A stretch of 64,000 nt of DNA from Paraspadella gotoi (taxonomy: Eukaryota > Animalia > Chaetognatha): positions 20,461,476-20,525,475 of the forward strand of contig CM119267.1 of NCBI GenBank assembly GCA_051294375.1, read 5' to 3'. The position numbers were made by a program, and so were the translations under genes. Below are positions 1-12,574 of the stretch, piece after piece (position 1 is the first letter of the stretch; each line of letters opens with the position of its first letter). The notes under the pieces are model-generated. The model did no database searches. It was not told the DNA's origin and saw only the letters and a list, made by a program, of their open reading frames with translations.

Positions 1-49
1 CCTATATATACCTCCAAGTAAAAATGTTATTAACGTTCCCGAGTGTCAC

Positions 50-261
50 CTAGGGGAAGCTCTGGCGTATCCCGGATCGCCCGATGCAAAGTGTGACAAG
101 GGCATATAATTTTCCTCACCGCCGTCACCACCAGAGTCATTATTCGCTACTCTGCGCCTCCTATCGTTGTCGGTATTTCGACGCGCTACTTCGCCGGAAC
201 GAGGTCTTGGCAACGGCGGTGGAGAAGCGGTTTCGGCGGGAGAGTTAAAAGTCCGCAACAT
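50..261 (-). CDS. Probable first coding exon of an unidentified gene that continues off the left edge
   Basis: GC-rich ORF MLRTFNSPAETASPPPLPRPRS...YMPL...GYARASPR ends at a donor-like AG|GTGAC near 49. No recognisable domain. Confidence 0.45.
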
Positions 262-376
262 GACCTCGTCAGCGGTAAGACGATGACTACCTCGACGGGA
301 ATCGTCGGGGGCGTCGGCGAGGGGCGTTGAGAATCCGGGAGAAGCTGAAAAAGTAGAGAAGATAGGATACAGCGTT

Positions 377-377
<1 letters not shown>

Positions 378-426
<49 letters not shown>
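378..426. repeat. (AG)n microsatellite
   Basis: About 24 perfect AG units are directly visible. Confidence 0.95.
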
Positions 427-427
<1 letters not shown>

Positions 428-2548
428 CAAGTTTGACCAAGAATACCTGTGTAAAGATTACCCTCGGATTCGGCGGAGGGAACGGAATTTGTACGGGGGA
501 ACGCGCCGAGACGACTCTGATCAAGATATAAGAAAAATGGGATAGACGCACAAATTGCAGTGGAAATAGAAAAGATAAATACCCACCCTAGATCTGGGAG
601 CAGGTACGGGGCGAACTGGGTTTTCCAAGGTGGTCCGCGTCTCGCCAAAATCTCTCCGAAGATCTATTTGGAAACTGACCTGAGTAAAGAACAAATCATT
701 CTTTTGTGTTGAAAACAAAATCCTTCCTTTCCAAATAAAACCCAACCACTAATATCGAAAATAAAAACCTATGACATACTTGGCCTTGAACGTTCTCATT
801 GGGATTTTTGTGCTGCAAAAAATAAACGTTGGATGTTGTGCCGGCGCGAACTTTGTCGACCAACTTGCGAACGGGTAGCGAACGGTAACCGAGGAATCGG
901 GCGAAGGTCGGACGCGTGCTGACGAACTTGTCCTTCACTTCGATCTCCAACATGTCTATCATATTTGTGCGGGGATGAAAATTAGATACAATGTAAGTTA
1001 TGATCAATTGCTTTTTACTCAACAAATCAAAACTTTTTTTCCCAAACCGGATGGAAGCGCTTCAAAGTCGAATTGGTAGCCGAACCAAGACGGGTTCACT
1101 GTGCTGTTTATCACGGTTGTTTTGTGTTCTTGACTGAAATGAATCGAGGAAAAGAAAAACGGTAAGACTAACAAATTGTTTTAAGAGGACTCAATAAATA
1201 TTATTTAGTACTATTTTCGTCTCTCACTCGTGATGATCCATCACGGCGTGCTTTTTGCCCGGTCGCAGGGAAAGTTTGATATATGGATCCGGACAAAAGA
1301 ACATGGTGCGAGTGAGATAACGCGCCTGGCAACGGATTACGTTTTTTGAAAGGAATGTGAGATCACAGAAAGTGAACAAAGAGATGGACGGATTAAGGAC
1401 CTACCTGAAGATCATAGATGACGAAGTGCACCTTTGTGCCATTGTCTTCCGGAGTTTGACTAGAAGTTAAAAGACCTAAGAGCACAAAAAGAATTTTTTT
1501 TTAAATTTTACCAATAAATGTTTTTTTCAAATTGTATCAAAATTCAAGGTTACCTCGCGGAAGGGTAAGTTCCTCTGTCGCTCCTTGAAAATTAGGATCC
1601 TCATCCTCGTCGTCCGTACGCGGGCCATGCGGACTTTTAAGCAAAATATATATATATTAATTTAAAAAGAGACCGGGAAACGTTACAATCTAAAGCTAGG
1701 ACTAAGCTCTGACGAAAAAAGTCAGAGGTTTTTTTAATATATTCTTTGACCGGACAATGTAGATTGATGGCAATATTGCTATTGTTAAGTTTCAAAAAAA
1801 TCCGACCATAAATATAGAAAATATTAACCAAAATCTTCGGAAAATCCACCCCTTCTTTGGAAGATTTTCGCCATATAAGATTTTTTCCGAATCTGACTCC
1901 CGGTTGAAAACTCTTAGAATTCCGATCGTTAGCTCCTCTTTTACTTTTACTTTAAATAAAAATTTCACCAAAATGGACTAATTCACTTTAACATGATCGT
2001 ATCATATTAAAATAACCAAATGAAATGTAAAGAAAAATTTTGAGAGCCCTTCAGACATATTGCTATCGGATTCCTGAATTCGAAGTTTATTGTAAAATGA
2101 CAACATACCTTAAATGCGTTGACATTGTATTGAAGTTGAGAAATCCCTTTATTTTATATATAAAAATTGCGTCAAAAATATTTTCCCGAGCGGACCAGAC
2201 CATTTGAATTGAATGGTTCGATGTCAAAATGATGGTTATTTGTCAAGAGCAAAAAAATGCGAGCCCTTCAGATGCAACAGGATCGGAATCGAGTGTTTTT
2301 ACATCTATTTTTTACCTGAATTTTTCCCAGGGGCGTTGACATTATTTGGTAGTCAGATTTTAACAAAAATCTCCATTGAAAAAGTCTTCCTCGATTTCTA
2401 AGAACGACGTAGACTCCTACTAAAGCTAAATTTTGTTAAAAACAGTTCGTTTAGAAACCTGTGACTGTCTACAGCGTTAACTTGAGTCCGCCGCCCGTGC
2501 CCCCGTGTCACCAGGTCGGTCTCGCTCAAAGTTCGTTGCTCGGAGAGA

Positions 2549-2620
2549 GCCATCTTCGCATGGGTACACGCGACTTCCGGGACAAACTATTATCCCGGGA
2601 AAGTCGCGAGATCACGTGAC
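2549..2620. promoter_or_regulatory. Candidate housekeeping-type promoter motif cluster
   Basis: About 70 bp of CpG-rich DNA contains GCCATCTT (YY1-like), ACTTCCGG (ETS-like), TCGCGAGA and TCACGTGAC (E-box), plus an imperfect inverted repeat CGCGACTTCCGGGA...TCCCGGGAAAGTCGCG. Confidence 0.4.
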
Positions 2621-3089
2621 ACAGCCGACCATCTTTCTTTTGATTCGCTCGAGTAAAGAGTTGGTCAACAGTCAAGCGATTTCTCGATGTAAAGGGGCTT
2701 ATCAAAGTGATCATGCATAACTTATAAAATACATAGTCAAGGATATTTTTTTGGCTTCTATATCACGGTCGATGAGTGGTTATTTTCTGAAAAAAAAATT
2801 AGACAGTTAAAATTGTGCAGCCACACTATCTACCAAAGTTATGTCTTTCTATGATTTTTTTTTGGGACGCCAAAAAAATAAAATACCTGGACTACGACTA
2901 AACGTTGCGTAACAAATAATAGAATAACTAAAGCCAAATCAGCCAAAACAGCCAAAAAACAAAAAAGGTAGTAGGTACGTCAATCTCGTCTGACGAAACA
3001 AGAATAAAACTGGTTTAACAGGGGAACCTTCGATTTTTTGTTTTGTTTTTTTTTGTTAATGAGTTGATTGACGTTATCGTCAAAAGTTT

Positions 3090-6000
3090 CTAGAGTCCGA
3101 TCCAATAAGATCTAGCCTTCGGATTGTGAATTGGAATTGGTACCGGCTTGGTCACCGCCCACTCGTACCTGAAATGTAGGAAAGTTTTGATTTGTTTTCG
3201 TGTAGGAAAGTTAAGTGAGATAAGAATAATTGTACGACAATTAAAGCAGAATAACTCGTGGTTCATTTAAAATGAGATTGAGTTCTTCAATCTCATTTAT
3301 AAATGAGATTGAAGAACTCAATCTCATATCGTAGCAGTTTATATATTCGAAAATTAATTAGGAAACTAAATTATTATTAATACCTATTAAAAGTAAACCT
3401 AAAAACGTAAAATAAGACTACTATAAAAACCGTATCAAAAGATATGATAAATAATTTAAATTGCTACAATATGTAAATGAGATTGAAGAACAAAATATTC
3501 TGCTACACAATATCGGAATAAACGATTTTTTCGCCTCACCAGACTTTTTGCGCGTCGACTCTCCGCCAGAAATGGAGGTCGAGTTTGGAGCCGGCCGGGA
3601 GAAGGATGGGCTCGCGGATGGGGAAGTAGATGGGGAACCAGGAGAACATCCCCGTCGAATAGGTTTCGGGCACGATGGACAACACGTGATTCTTATAGAG
3701 AACTGTAGGGGAACAAAATTGAATGTTTGAAAAATTTTTAAAAAAACTTTAAAATTACGATCAAAAGTGATAATGTGGCGCTCAAAAAAAATAATCTCAC
3801 CCGAGTGAAAATATCCGGCGAACCCGTGCAAAACTGATTGCGGCCCGAGTCGAAACTCCACTTGTCCGTAACGACTGTTGTCTATGCGTCCCCAGTTGGG
3901 ATGCTAAAAATAAGAGTCAATGAAAATAAAACACGTCTTTCTAAGTCGCTAGGGAGTCAGGATTGAGCGGAATTACCTCAAACCGAAACAGCGGTTGGGG
4001 TTTTGCCAAAACGGCGCAATTGTGGAGGCGAACAACGTAGGGGGTTTCTACGTTGGCGAGAGGATGCTTTTCCCGCTCTTTGTTGGCGCGTGCTTCGTTG
4101 AACAGCTTGGAGGACTGGAAATCATATAAACACGTCAAATTATAAATAAACGAGCAATTATTTAACCCTAACTAAAAGAGTAAAACGTCAACTCAAACCT
4201 GCAACGGGGCCACGAAGGAGGTGTATTCGGAAGGAATGGAAATCCCATCACGTTTTAGAAATTTCTGCGCTCCGTCGAGGCATTCCGGGGAGAGTTCGTT
4301 GTCGGAAAAACTTCCTAATAACTCCGACACGAGAATGTCTGAAAACGAATTTTCATCATCGTTTCGCCATCGATTGCGAAAAGGATCAAATGAAAAGAGC
4401 TTACCCGCTTTTTCAGGCGCTTCCCACGTCCTCATGTCGTGATGGACAATGATGACGTCGTCTTCGTTCCAAATTTCTCGTTTTAAAGTCTATTAAAAAA
4501 AAGCCGGGTTATATTTCTTTTCGCTTCAACTAAAGATGGGAGACTCGAGTTTGAAATGTATTATCGTGAACTCGTAATGAAAAATATTTGTAAAAGTCTT
4601 CGTTCAAATTAGATAACCAATCCTCCCCACTCTTGTTTACGACACGACCAAAGACCTTTAAGGTTATGAGCGCGTTGGGATTTTTCTCGACGGCGTAAAC
4701 TCGAACGCGGCGCTCGACGGTTTTGGCGGCTTTCAGGGCGGCGCGAACGAGGGGGCCGCGACCGGCGCCAACCACCATCAAAACCTATAATTACGAGAAA
4801 GTAAGTAAAAAAGTTTGTATTGCATGAATTAAGCTGTAAATAGTTGCCGAAAACGTGCCTTCTTTTTTTTTGGCAGTCAGTAAGAGAATAAGGTTACCTG
4901 ATATCCTTGTTCTTTTTCGGGTTCGGGAACCCTGTCGACGAGCGCGTCTCGAATGGCCGCTTCGTATGTTACGTACTTAACAGGATCCTTTTCGAAAACT
5001 TCGTAAGTCTGGTGGGCGAAATAAAAAAAAATGGGTGGGCGTGCATTCGATTAGTTTCCTTAGGCTCAATATTTAGGTAAAATTTAAATGCAAAAAAAAG
5101 TTCGGAATTCTAGTTTAGAAATCCAATGCATTTAAAAGCAGCCGAAGAATGATAAACGTCAGTTGAGGGCGTACCGGTTTGTCCGGTAAAATGATCACTT
5201 TTTAATGATAATTTAATGACTTATATGTATCTTCGCATAAAACAAACGCTTGCAAAAAATTACAATATTAAAAATAATACAATACTAAAATTAATACAAA
5301 TTTAAAACTACTTACATACATACAGTCATGTGTAAAAAAAAACGTCCCGCTTTAAATCATGCCTTAAAAATTTCCTTGAATGTTTAATTTTTTTTTAAAT
5401 TTAAAAATAAATTAAAATTTAATAAAAAATAATAAATTTTATCAAACTCGAGCAATTCGTTTGGGAACAATAATTTATTTAAAATTAAGTACTCAACAAC
5501 AAAACTAAAAATTTAATTTATTTGAAACTAATTTTTTTATATTATATATTTTTTAAATAAATTAAATAATAAACATTATACTTACACCAAGTTTTAAAGA
5601 CTTGATAAGATTTTTAATACAAAATATAGAATTGTTTCACGCGTGAAATATAACTAGTTTGACCCAGATATTTAAATAATAATTTAAAAATTATAAAAAA
5701 ATTAAATGAATAAAAGATCAATTATTTTAAAGCTTTTGAATAATATTCGATTTTTCCATTTTTATTTGGAACACTTAAGTTTAAAAAAATTTTTTTTTAT
5801 ATCACCGATTGTAATTAAATTTATACATTTTTAAGAAGCGTAAAGTTATGAAGAGGGGCGTTTTTTTTTTTGCTCATGAGTGTACAATGTACACTAAGGC
5901 GTAGTAAAATTTCTAAATTTAACTTTAATTAAAATTCTAAAAGTGAGGAACGAACAACATTATACTAATGAACATTTATGTAATAAAAAAAATTATAATA

Positions 6001-8347
6001 AATTTTACAATATACGCAGTAGGCTATATTTATACTAGTACTAAACCAATAAATGTTAAAATTTCAAAACAGTTTTTTCTAAGATTTTTTTGCAGATTCA
6101 GATTCGTCATAAAAAGTTGATAAAAAGAAATCTAACTCTTTTTGAAAAATTCCTTCATTAAGTGGGTCAAAAATTAGAAAAAGCTATATTTTAAGCTGAA
6201 AATTAACTTTTTATATTTTAAATATAGTTTTTTTAAATTTTTAACCCACTTAATGAAAGAATTTTTAAAAATGATTTATATTTTCTTTTATCAACTTTTG
6301 ACGAGGAATTCAAATCTGCAATTAAAATTAAGAAAAGCCTATTTTGAAATTTTTCGATTTTATAAGGATAGTACTATATATAAATATAGCCTACTGCGAA
6401 AATTAAAAAACATAAAATTACTTTTTTTTACAAATTAATATTCACTGATGGTATGTTGTTCATAATTGACTTTTAGAATTTTCGTATGTAACTTTCACTA
6501 CGCCTTAATGTACACTGTACATTATACATTGTACATATATAAAAACATTTATTATTAATGCAAGAACTTTTCTCTATGAAATTGGTACAAGCAAAATGAA
6601 ACCTATATTATGGTAAAAAAAAAACTACCTGTGACTCAAGATTGTCCATGAGCGGCTGCAGCGGCGCCTGTAAGTAATCCTCGTAACCCTTGGCGAACTT
6701 GTCCACGCCGTCGCAGTCGTCGGAGACGGTGGAAACAAGATAATCCAAGTATTGGTAGAAGCAGATTTCGCTCTTGTCGAAGATCGAGGTTGGACCTGCG
6801 ACGAGGGGAGAAATGAGGGTCGCGACACTCCAAGGAAAAGAATGAAATCGATTTGGGTTTTACCCGTAATCAGGAACTGAGTCTGCTGTCGGATTAATCT
6901 TCTGATCAAACTTTGATGAGGTCTCGAAAGAACTGGAAAACCTGGGGAAAAAAAAATAAAGTGAGGAAATATTCTATATATTTTTTTTGCACGGTTCATC
7001 AATCGATCATCAATTTACCCGTTCTATTCGTCAGAAAAATATTAGTCGGCAACATCGTGCATTTGACGGGTTCGCCCAACCATCGAGATATTCTGAGAAA
7101 AAACGATTCAAAAAAATAAAAACGGATTGAAAAATTAAAAAATGTTACACTTATCTTCGTTTTTCACATACCTCGATTCCGACGGAAGATCCGCGGTGAT
7201 TTCCAAACAGACGGAAACTCTTCTCGATGTATCGCAAAGAGTTCGAAAAGTGTTGAACCATTCCCAAGGATCTTGGTCGGGGTCTTCCTGGTCGTCATCT
7301 TCTTCCACAGCGACGTCAAGCTTGACGGGTTCCTTGACGACCGACTTTGAAAGCGAAGTTGCGCAAACCTCATCATCGTCGGTGGAGCCAGGGGCCGCGG
7401 GAGCAACGCCGCTGCCGTCGCTGGCGCCATTGGTATCCATGGGAAGAGCGGCGTCGTTCTTTGCTTCTTTGATCAAGGAACCTGACGTCAAGGCCAAAGA
7501 AAAGCTTCGAATTCCATACTACGAGTAGAATCTTTTTTTTTTACCCAAGCTCGGAAAGTGAGCGTCATCGGGGGCGTGGCCGTTGAAAGCGGATGCGTTT
7601 TTGAGTTTGGGCGACGGGGATCGCATCCGAACGTGAACCCATAATTGCTGCAGCGGACAAAAATTAAGAAGTCTTATTATTTACTAAAGAGTAAAGACAC
7701 TTAACGATTAGGAACAGACCTGCGTCGGACCCAAAAACAGATGCTCGTTGAGAAATCTGGCCAAGTTGGCGCACTTTTTGCTACGCAACGGAACCAGAAT
7801 TGCCGGGAGGCCCAAGTGGATGGCAAAGTCCAGTTCCTGGAGAAGAGCCTTCTCCGACCTTAGCCTGAGAAATCACGGTGTTCACATTTTAAGATGCCGA
7901 AAAAAACAGAAAAGGAGACTTTTTCTGTCCTCCTCCTGAGAACCTGATTCGCTGATCGTCGGAGTCCAAATCAATCCAATCGGAGATCTTGGCGACGACG
8001 AGAGAAGACCACTCGCTCGTCTTGAGAAGGAAATCCGTTCGCAAAAACGGGGAAGGTCTTTCGAGGACGCCGTCCTCGAGATTGTCTTTGTTTTGGGCGG
8101 GGAAAAAGAAGTTCGTGGGGAAGGAATAGTCGAGCAGATTTTAGTTAAAAACAAGTCAATAAATAGTAGATTTTCGTGAATAAGTAGTTCTGACAAGGCC
8201 CTCTTACTCACCAGGCATGGGTCCGGGCCGCACAACGGGAACGGCGTGAAAGTCATAGTTAGCCTTGGTGCCTTCCTCGAGGACTTGGTCGAGACGTTCA
8301 ACGTCGGAGTGATCACGTCCGACAGAAACAGGCAGACGTCGCTCCAT
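3090..8347 (-). CDS. PRMT5: Protein arginine N-methyltransferase 5 (multi-exon)
   Basis: Exons encode [100 protein letters not shown] and terminal RSYWIGL-TAG at 3090. ATG at 8347. Confidence 0.97.
5323..5882. mobile_element. Tc1/mariner-type non-autonomous element (MITE) in a PRMT5 intron
   Basis: Left end CAGTCATGTGTAAAAAAAAACGTCCC matches the reverse complement of the right end, CACTCATGAGCAAAAAAAAAAACGCCCC. TA flanks both sides (5321-22, 5883-84). Interior is AT-rich and non-coding. Confidence 0.8.
5895..6507. mobile_element. hAT-type MITE, copy 1, in a PRMT5 intron
   Basis: TIR TAAGGCGTAGT...ACTACGCCTTA with an 8-bp TSD ATGTACAC (5887-5894, 6508-6515). A homologous copy lies at 56010-56612. 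Confidence 0.9.
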
Positions 8348-8900
8348 CGCAATAAGATTAAACGGAACCGAGGAGCGAGTTTTTTGTTTTTGTTTTTGTT
8401 TTTTTCGTTTTATTTTTAACGTAAAATGCGAACACAAAAAAACCTAGTAGGAATGATGTCTTTCCGACAGGAAAACTTGGAAGAAACGATGATAATAAAT
8501 GCACGAACAAGATCGAACATCGATCATATTCCTGAAACTGTAAAGCTCCCCTTAAAGTTGAATGCTCTCATTTACAACACTTATGTATGTTTGTAAATAC
8601 GTATAACAGTCGACTAAGGATAATTTAAAATTCAAAAGTATTTCTCTCCGATTGTTACAACACCCCTGGCGGCCAAACCGACGAGGAAGCAGCTCAACGT
8701 CACGATCGGATAATAAGCGCCGGCACTTCCTACGGCTTCGATCATCTCGCACAAAACGGAAAAAAAAACGACGATCAAGGCTTTATAGACAAAACGTAAT
8801 TCATCGCTTTTTCTGGAGGTAATCCATTTAACATTACTGAAAAAAAAAATATTTCACGAAATGCTATATTTAAATTAATGTAATTTTCACTTTACTATAC

Positions 8901-9410
8901 TCACAAGAGTTCAGTTTTCCGGTATCTTATCCAGTAGTGGTGAATGACGTAGCCAGAGACGCAACCGATAAGGGCGTAGACGACGTTAAGAAGTCTGACC
9001 TTTCGGTACTTGGCCTCCTGTTCCAACCGGTACTTTATTATCTCCTGTTCCCAATGGTTGGGCCTGGGAGCGCCGTTGCCCGGTCCTAGCGGCGACTCGT
9101 GAATAGGGGCGTCGTCGAGAGTATCAGACCAGTGCCGGACGGGACGCAAAACTGAGGTTGCGAAAGTCCGAAGACAAAGGGCGGACGTCGTGCGAAGCAC
9201 GAACGACGGAGCAAGGCCCAAAGCCGAGCCCTTCTTGGTGGTCTCGAGAGACTCGAGCAAAGGCTTTTGCAAAGACTGGAAGTGGCGCTGGTAGACGGCT
9301 GATCCGCAGAGTCGGCAATGATTAAGGAGAAGAGAAGGGACGTTTCGTTTTGCCGGGAGAGAGGCATGGGGGAGGGAGGAGTTTCGCAAAGCGGACAAAG
9401 CGAATGACAT
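8901..9410 (-). CDS. Intronless 169-aa unknown protein, probably mitochondrial and membrane-anchored
   Basis: N-terminus is rich in S/L/R/A and poor in acidic residues (presequence-like). One hydrophobic segment (LLNVVYALIGCVSGYVIHHYW) lies near the C-terminus. Exon-like GC content. Confidence 0.7.
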   Translation of the reverse strand: MSFALSALRNSSLPHASLPAKRNVPSLLLNHCRLCGSAVYQRHFQSLQKPLLESLETTKKGSALGLAPSFVLRTTSALCLRTFATSVLRPVRHWSDTLDDAPIHESPLGPGNGAPRPNHWEQEIIKYRLEQEAKYRKVRLLNVVYALIGCVSGYVIHHYWIRYRKTELL

Positions 9411-10296
9411 GTTGAGTTTTTAGTTGACCACACAACTGCTTCATAGCAAAAACAATTTTGAAACCCGGGATTTCATATTGTTTCTAAAATCAAGAGACTA
9501 TGCTACAAAGCAGGTAGTTAACAAACAGAATGAAGGCGAGTATAAATTTTGGAACATCCAAAAACATTACAAGTAAAAACCGGGTGGCGACTTAATATGA
9601 ATACTTTTTATATATTTTTTCTTTGTAAATTTTTTTTGAATTTTAATGATATTTTTGTTTCTTTTGATTTATTATTTTTTATTACACAAAAAATGTATCA
9701 ACATAACTTTGTATTATAATTTTTTTAGTTTCAACATGTCGTACATCTAATAAAATTATTACAAAAATTGCACATCAAGGAAAATATAAAAACATACACA
9801 GAAACGTAAGTACAAAGGCCAATATTCGAAACTTAACAATGTACATAAGTAAATGTGAATTGTAAATTATAATGAAAAATTCGTTAATTTTATTCGAAAA
9901 GCACAGAAAATGCGAAAAAATCCCAGACTAGAAAGGAACCGTTGATCAGCGACGGACAAGACAAAATAGAAAAGGGATTGTAGATCTTGTAAAGATATGC
10001 ATTACGTAAAAAATACTACCATTCAGGCAACGGTGAAAGAATCGTTACAAGGTCAAGGAAGACTTATTCAAAGCACGGGTGAAGCAGACCAGAGAAGTGG
10101 TGTCATAAACGTGATTTACTATCACATTAACTTGGTCGCGAAAACATGATACAGGGAACGACAATGGCAAAAATCAGAAAAAGACTGAAGACAAAACGGA
10201 ACTGCACTAAAAACCAGAAAAATATCAAGGGTGTTAAACTGTGCGTATTGAAAGTCTTCGCCTCCAAATAAAAATTTTTGGAAATAAAAACGTCTC

Positions 10297-12175
10297 TTAT
10301 TGAGGGTCATCAATTCCATCCACGTACGCTCTCTGCATGACGGGTAGCGAGAGTTTAAAAGCTTCGCCGATAAAGGAAACGCCGCGAGAAGATTCGAGAT
10401 GAAAGTCGGAGAAAAGGGCGTCGACATCCCGACTGGAAAATCTCTTGACTCGCTCCAATGCCTAGGATACAAGGCAATGAAGGATATAACTGAGAAAAAA
10501 CCTAATTAACTCGCACACTTACCTCTCCGAATTCGCCAGACAACCGTCTAACGTTCTCCTCGAGAGCGATCTTCATCTCGGCGAGGGCGTCCACCCTGTC
10601 GACAAAAATTTCGATCCTGCCGTCAACCTCGAGAGAGTCGGTCGACATCAAAGTCATCTGGTTCGTTTTGTGAAACATCTCTACTGCGCGGGCCACAGAG
10701 TCGCCGACGGCGCGTGTCGCGTCTCGGTGAAAGGCGTCGATGAGGACGTCGGCCGATGACTCTTCCGAACTTTTTCCAGCGTCTTCCGCTTCCGTCTCCT
10801 TTTTGTCTCTTTCCGATTTCTCCTTCAATCCTTTGTCTTTGGAATCCAAATGTTCTTCCTTTGGGCGACTGAGTTCGGCCGTCGAGGCGACAAAAGACTC
10901 AACAAGTGCCAACGCCGATGACCGCGCCGCCTGTACCTTGAACGGTGTGATAGGCACGACGAGTCTTCTTAAGTCGTTGGTCAGCGTAGCGATGAAGTCG
11001 TCGGATGACGATGCTTCGGCAACCGCGACGTCGCCATTGGCTTCACCATCAACGCGATTAAAAGCATCCTCTATACGGCGTAAATGTTCCCTCGTTTCTT
11101 GGCTTAAAGAACGAGAATCTATTTCTCGTTCGCTTTCTTCGCTCAAGATTTCCAGCGCCTCCAGGTAGACTAAACCCTGCGCAAATTACGGACAATTGAT
11201 CCTTTAGTCCTCCACTAATTTATATTCTGATGATTCTAGGGTTTATTTTAGGTTTAATTTCACCCACCTGCATCTCCTCGAACCAATGATCGAATTTAGT
11301 CATGCGCGCCTCTAAAAACTCCGCTTCCATTTTCTCTCTGACCAGGCGCTCGGCCTTAGCGTCCCTCAACAAGCGGCTCAGAGTAGGTCGGCCCTCCTTG
11401 TCCATGAGTAGAGTCTTCGTTTTCGTCAAGCCAGGATCCTGATCGTCGATCACCGACATCGTTTTTTTGCCGACGCTCTCGAGAACTTGGCAACAAAAAA
11501 AAAACAAAAAAGTTCAGGAATTTTTTAGCGTCACGAAGAAAGTCGTCATCGCTCACCATTAATACTTCCGCCGACGATCCCTTTCCCTGCCGAAGAAAAG
11601 AAGCCGAAAAAGGAGGAATCCCCCTTTCCCTTCGGCCCCGACGACTCCGCGTCCTGCTTCCGCTCCACCCACTCCTCCGTCTCTTCCTTCCTCGCCTCTT
11701 CCTTCCTCGCCTCTTCTTTCATCCCTGGGTCGACCAATTCGCTGATGCCTTGCCCCAATTCTGTCGACATCTTCGCGACGGAGTTGGACGCGGAAGTAAT
11801 GATGCTGGCGCCCCATGACTTCCAGGAATCCCAGCCTCCACCGTCCGAGGTGGAGGGGATGACGAACGGCGTGTTCGGCGGGGCGTTGGTGACGTTGGGC
11901 ATTTCGGGACAAGGAGACGAGGGCGTTTTGGCGGCGACGGAAGCGGAATTTTCGGCGGTGGAATCGGATTTAGGAAAAGGCTCTTCTGAAGTACGAGGGA
12001 GACAAGGCGACGAGGCAGGCTCGGCAACAGCGGGGCCATCTACATCCACAACTTCAGCGTCTGTCTCCGAATCGCATGCTCGGGTGACGACGACGTCGGG
12101 AACAGGCGAATGGGCTTCGTTCGAACCGTCTATAGCTAAGTCACGATTCAATGTAGGGGCGTTAGTGTCGCCCAT
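10297..12175 (-). CDS. FAM114A: FAM114 (Noxp20/DUF719) family protein
   Basis: Motifs GGWDSWKSWGASIITSA, VLESVGKKTMSVIDDQDPGL, FDHWFEEMQ|GLVYLEALEILS and C-terminal EAFKLSLPVMQ, joined by GT-AG introns. Confidence 0.85.
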
Positions 12176-12574
12176 GTTTCCAGATTTTTTCGAACAAATA
12201 TCCCTAAAAAATTCCTTCAGGGGGTAAAGAGTATAAATTATACGTTCCGTATTTAACGAAAAATTAAAAGTATTACGTAATGTGAGTCAATATTATTTTT
12301 ATCACGGTTATCATTACTGTCACCAGTGCGCCTTGGCGTCCGAAAAAAGTAAACTCAGTTAACTTAATTTTACATGATACGAAAAACAATTTTTGAAGCG
12401 TTTTAAATTCTCTTTTTTTTTAAATTCAAATTTCATATATATCTAAACTGTGCAAAAAAAAAAAAAAAAAAAATTATTCAAAAATTGCACAAACACAAAA
12501 AACCAGCAAACAAAATTAAATGAGTAATAGATCATTGATAACGTTTTCAGTGAGACTCCGGCCCAAAATTTCAC

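Noticed and set aside
1000-2500. SL RNA or snRNA gene in the long left spacer
   Set aside because: I found no convincing combination of donor, Sm site and stem-loops by eye. There is only a short repeated GAGCCCTTCAGA (~2044, ~2261), probably a repeat remnant.
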